DNA from: a virus
Direction: 5' to 3' (one strand)
Length of the DNA stretch: 64,000 bases
Virus record (IMG/VR): IMGVR_UViG_3300045988_122072
Span: 32,001-96,000 of that record
Under the pieces are notes generated by a model that saw nothing but the letters and a program-made list of their open reading frames with translations, did not search any database and was not told the origin of the DNA. This document shows, in pieces, positions 62,473 through 64,000 of this stretch; position 1 is the first letter of the stretch, and the number at the start of each line of letters is the position of its first letter. Position numbers and translations under genes: made by a program.

Positions 62473-62590
62473 TCTCCTGTAGCTCAGTCGGGTAGAGCGC
62501 TTAATAACGAGACTTGTAAAAGCCTTAAACAGCAAGTTTCTAACTGGTCTGTTAAACCAGAGGTCACAGGTTCGAGCCCTGTCAGGAGAC
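62473..62590 (+). tRNA. tRNA-Asn(GUU)-like gene 2 with 44-nt insertion between D arm and anticodon arm
   Basis: Acceptor TCTCCTG / CAGGAGA. D arm GCTC-AGTCGGGTA-GAGC. Anticodon arm CTGGT-CTGTTAA-ACCAG (62544-60). Variable AGGTC. T arm ACAGG-TTCGAGC-CCTGT. The insertion at 62500-62543 forms its own 8-bp hairpin. Confidence 0.6.
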
Positions 62591-62596
62591 TTTAAA

Positions 62597-62651
62597 AAGG
62601 CACTAGCAGCAACTTTAAACAATATGCTGGATATTATATTGATGGTGCCTT
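62597..62651 (+). ncRNA. minihelix unit 3 (7-bp closing stem plus CAGCAA box)
   Basis: AAGGCAC (62597-603) / GTGCCTT (62645-51). The box TAGCAGCAACTTT follows the stem directly. Inner stem CAGCA/TGCTG. Confidence 0.4.
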
Positions 62652-62661
62652 GCCTTACATA

Positions 62662-62729
62662 GAGACGCTTACAGCAATTTAAAAAAGATGAAAATGATAT
62701 TTTTACTAATGATTTTATTTTGGCGTCTC
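62662..62729 (+). ncRNA. minihelix unit 4
   Basis: GAGACGC (62662-68) / GCGTCTC (62723-29). The box TTACAGCAATTT follows the stem directly. Confidence 0.4.
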
Positions 62730-62744
62730 GTTGAATAAACTCCA

Positions 62745-62798
62745 AAGACACTAACAGCAAATTTTTAATGTTGGAGATTGTACATAAGAATGTGTCTT
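62745..62798 (+). ncRNA. minihelix unit 5
   Basis: AAGACAC (62745-51) / GTGTCTT (62792-98). The box TAACAGCAAATTT follows the stem directly. Confidence 0.4.
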
Positions 62799-62835
62799 GG
62801 GATTTAGAAATAAATCAAAAATGGAGGAAAGAAAA

Positions 62836-64000
62836 ATGTCTTTTATGAATGCAGTAAAGAATACTCTGAACGAGGATTTCAACTATTCGGTGACTGAGAA
62901 TGGTGCTCTTGGGTATCGTACTTCTGGCAAAGAACTGACTGACCTAAACTTTGCCGTTGCTTCTATGCGCGGTATGAACGAGAAGACCATCTATGATAAG
63001 TTCACGAAGGCTTATTTCGAAGACAAGATGATGGCTTTACGTTGGTTATTTTTCGCAAGAGATGTTCGTGGCGGTCTTGGCGAGAGACGTTTGTTCAGAA
63101 CGGTTCTTAAAAATATGGTAAAGGACGACCCCAATACTGTTAAACGTCTTGCCTGTCTGGTGAGCGAGTATGGCCGTTATGATGACCTGTGGTGTCTGTT
63201 TGGAACGGATGTGGATGGTGTTGTTTTCGATATCATTAAGAAGCAGCTTTCTGATGACATCGCAAATATGGCAGAGAATAAACCCGTATCTCTTCTTGCT
63301 AAGTGGCTCCCTTCCGTAAATGCTTCTTCTACAAGAACTAAGATGAATGCAAGATATATTTGCAAGAATCTTAGTATGACTGAGCGTGAGTATCGTAAGA
63401 CACTTTCTTCTCTTCGTTCTTACATTGATATTGTAGAGAGCAAGATGTCTGCAAAGAAGTGGGAAGACATTAAGTATGAAACGGTTCCTTCTCGTGCAAA
63501 TCTCATTTATAACAGAGCTTTCCTTCGTAATGATGAGGAGCGTCGCAGAGAGTATCTGAGTAAGCTCGAAAATGGTGAAGCTAAGATTAATGCGGGAACT
63601 TTGTTTCCTCACGACATTGTGCATAAGTATTCTAGCACAACTGGATGGGGCTGCCGCGTCAACGAGTACGATGCAACTCTTGAATCTCTTTGGAAGGCTT
63701 TGCCTGACACAGTAAATGGGTGTGGAAACACCATTGTAGTCGCAGACAGTTCTGGCTCTATGTGTTGCAATATTGGTGGAAATACTCATATTGCAGCACT
63801 TGAAGTTGCGAATGCACTTGCAATTTACTTTGCAGAACATTCTTCTGGTGACTTTAAGGATAAGTACATTACTTTCTCTAGCAGACCTCAATTGGTTGAT
63901 TTTAGTCAGTGCAATTCTCTAAGAGATAAGCTTCGTGTTGCATATAGTCATAGTGAGTGTTCAAATACGAACATTGAAAAGGTGTTTGATTTGATTCTTA
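62836..64000 (+). CDS. DUF2828-type protein (helical N-domain plus C-terminal vWA/MIDAS), 3' end outside window
   Basis: Not in the ORF track because there is no stop before the window end. GGAGG SD. TENGALGYRTSG, LAKWLPS, YETVPSRANLIYNRAFLRNDEERRREYL, KINAGTLFPHDIV and MIDAS VVADSSGSM match my memory of the DUF2828/UCP015417 vWA family. Confidence 0.8.
   Translation, partial: MSFMNAVKNTLNEDFNYSVTENGALGYRTSGKELTDLNFAVASMRGMNEKTIYDKFTKAYFEDKMMALRWLFFARDVRGGLGERRLFRTVLKNMVKDDPNTVKRLACLVSEYGRYDDLWCLFGTDVDGVVFDIIKKQLSDDIANMAENKPVSLLAKWLPSVNASSTRTKMNARYICKNLSMTEREYRKTLSSLRSYIDIVESKMSAKKWEDIKYETVPSRANLIYNRAFLRNDEERRREYLSKLENGEAKINAGTLFPHDIVHKYSSTTGWGCRVNEYDATLESLWKALPDTVNGCGNTIVVADSSGSMCCNIGGNTHIAALEVANALAIYFAEHSSGDFKDKYITFSSRPQLVDFSQCNSLRDKLRVAYSHSECSNTNIEKVFDLIL

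Noticed and set aside
62341-62590. Calling the two loci ordinary tRNA-Trp and tRNA-Asn genes.
   Set aside because: The 44-59 nt insertions are incompatible with a canonical cloverleaf and are not at the canonical intron site. They are kept as tRNA-like calls pending experimental or covariance-model evidence.
62401-62800. A CRISPR or solitary-repeat (RNA anti-CRISPR) interpretation of the five CAGCAA-box repeats.
   Set aside because: The conserved core is only about 12-20 nt and the spacing is irregular (127, 77, 65 and 83 nt). Two copies sit inside tRNA-shaped genes. No repeat resembles a CRISPR repeat that I can recognise.
63046-63891. 281-aa minus-strand ORF, the only ORF the track lists here.
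   Set aside because: The plus strand carries an open frame from ATG 62836 to the window end with strong DUF2828/vWA motifs and a GGAGG SD. The minus ORF is its antisense shadow.

Overview
This window is a segment of a tailed dsDNA phage or prophage genome with Firmicutes-style expression signals: AGGAGG-type Shine-Dalgarno (SD) sites, TTGACA / TG-n-TATAAT promoters and low GC. Two divergently transcribed arms meet at a 1.1-kb non-coding control region (15673-16809). The left arm (minus strand, 15672 down to 1) carries an HTH regulator, a run of small zinc-ribbon proteins and a 948-aa YonO/RdRP-like single-subunit RNA polymerase candidate with a DFDGD motif. It continues with a GIY-YIG endonuclease, ClpP-like protease, PhoH-like ATPase, HU, a metallophosphoesterase and the large terminase. 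The right arm (plus strand) starts with a GC-richer block of small early-type genes (about 16.8-25.9 kb) that also holds the first of two large paralogous Cys-rich proteins and an M20/M28-like peptidase; the second paralogue follows at 26.9-28.5 kb. Many small unknown genes and a tyrosine recombinase follow. Next is a replication module: SSB-like protein, AAA_24/Sak4-like ATPase, DnaB-like helicase, Toprim primase, RecJ-like exonuclease, DNA methyltransferase and a Pol III alpha-like polymerase, interspersed with free-standing homing-endonuclease genes. The arm ends with operons encoding a vWA protein, a divergent PurA/PurZ-family enzyme, an array of tRNA-like structured RNA units, and a DUF2828 (helical + vWA, Ro/TROVE-like architecture) protein that runs off the window end. 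The most unusual signals are: (1) two tRNA-shaped genes interrupted by 44-59 nt insertions plus three minihelix units, all sharing a CAGCAA box and lying directly upstream of the DUF2828 gene; (2) 18 exact, strand-matched copies of ACAAAATTAA fused to SD sites; (3) a near-identical family of extended -10 promoters; (4) the RdRP-like polymerase; (5) the PurA-like enzyme lacking the guanine-specificity box. All calls come from reading the sequence and translations by eye; no database search was run.
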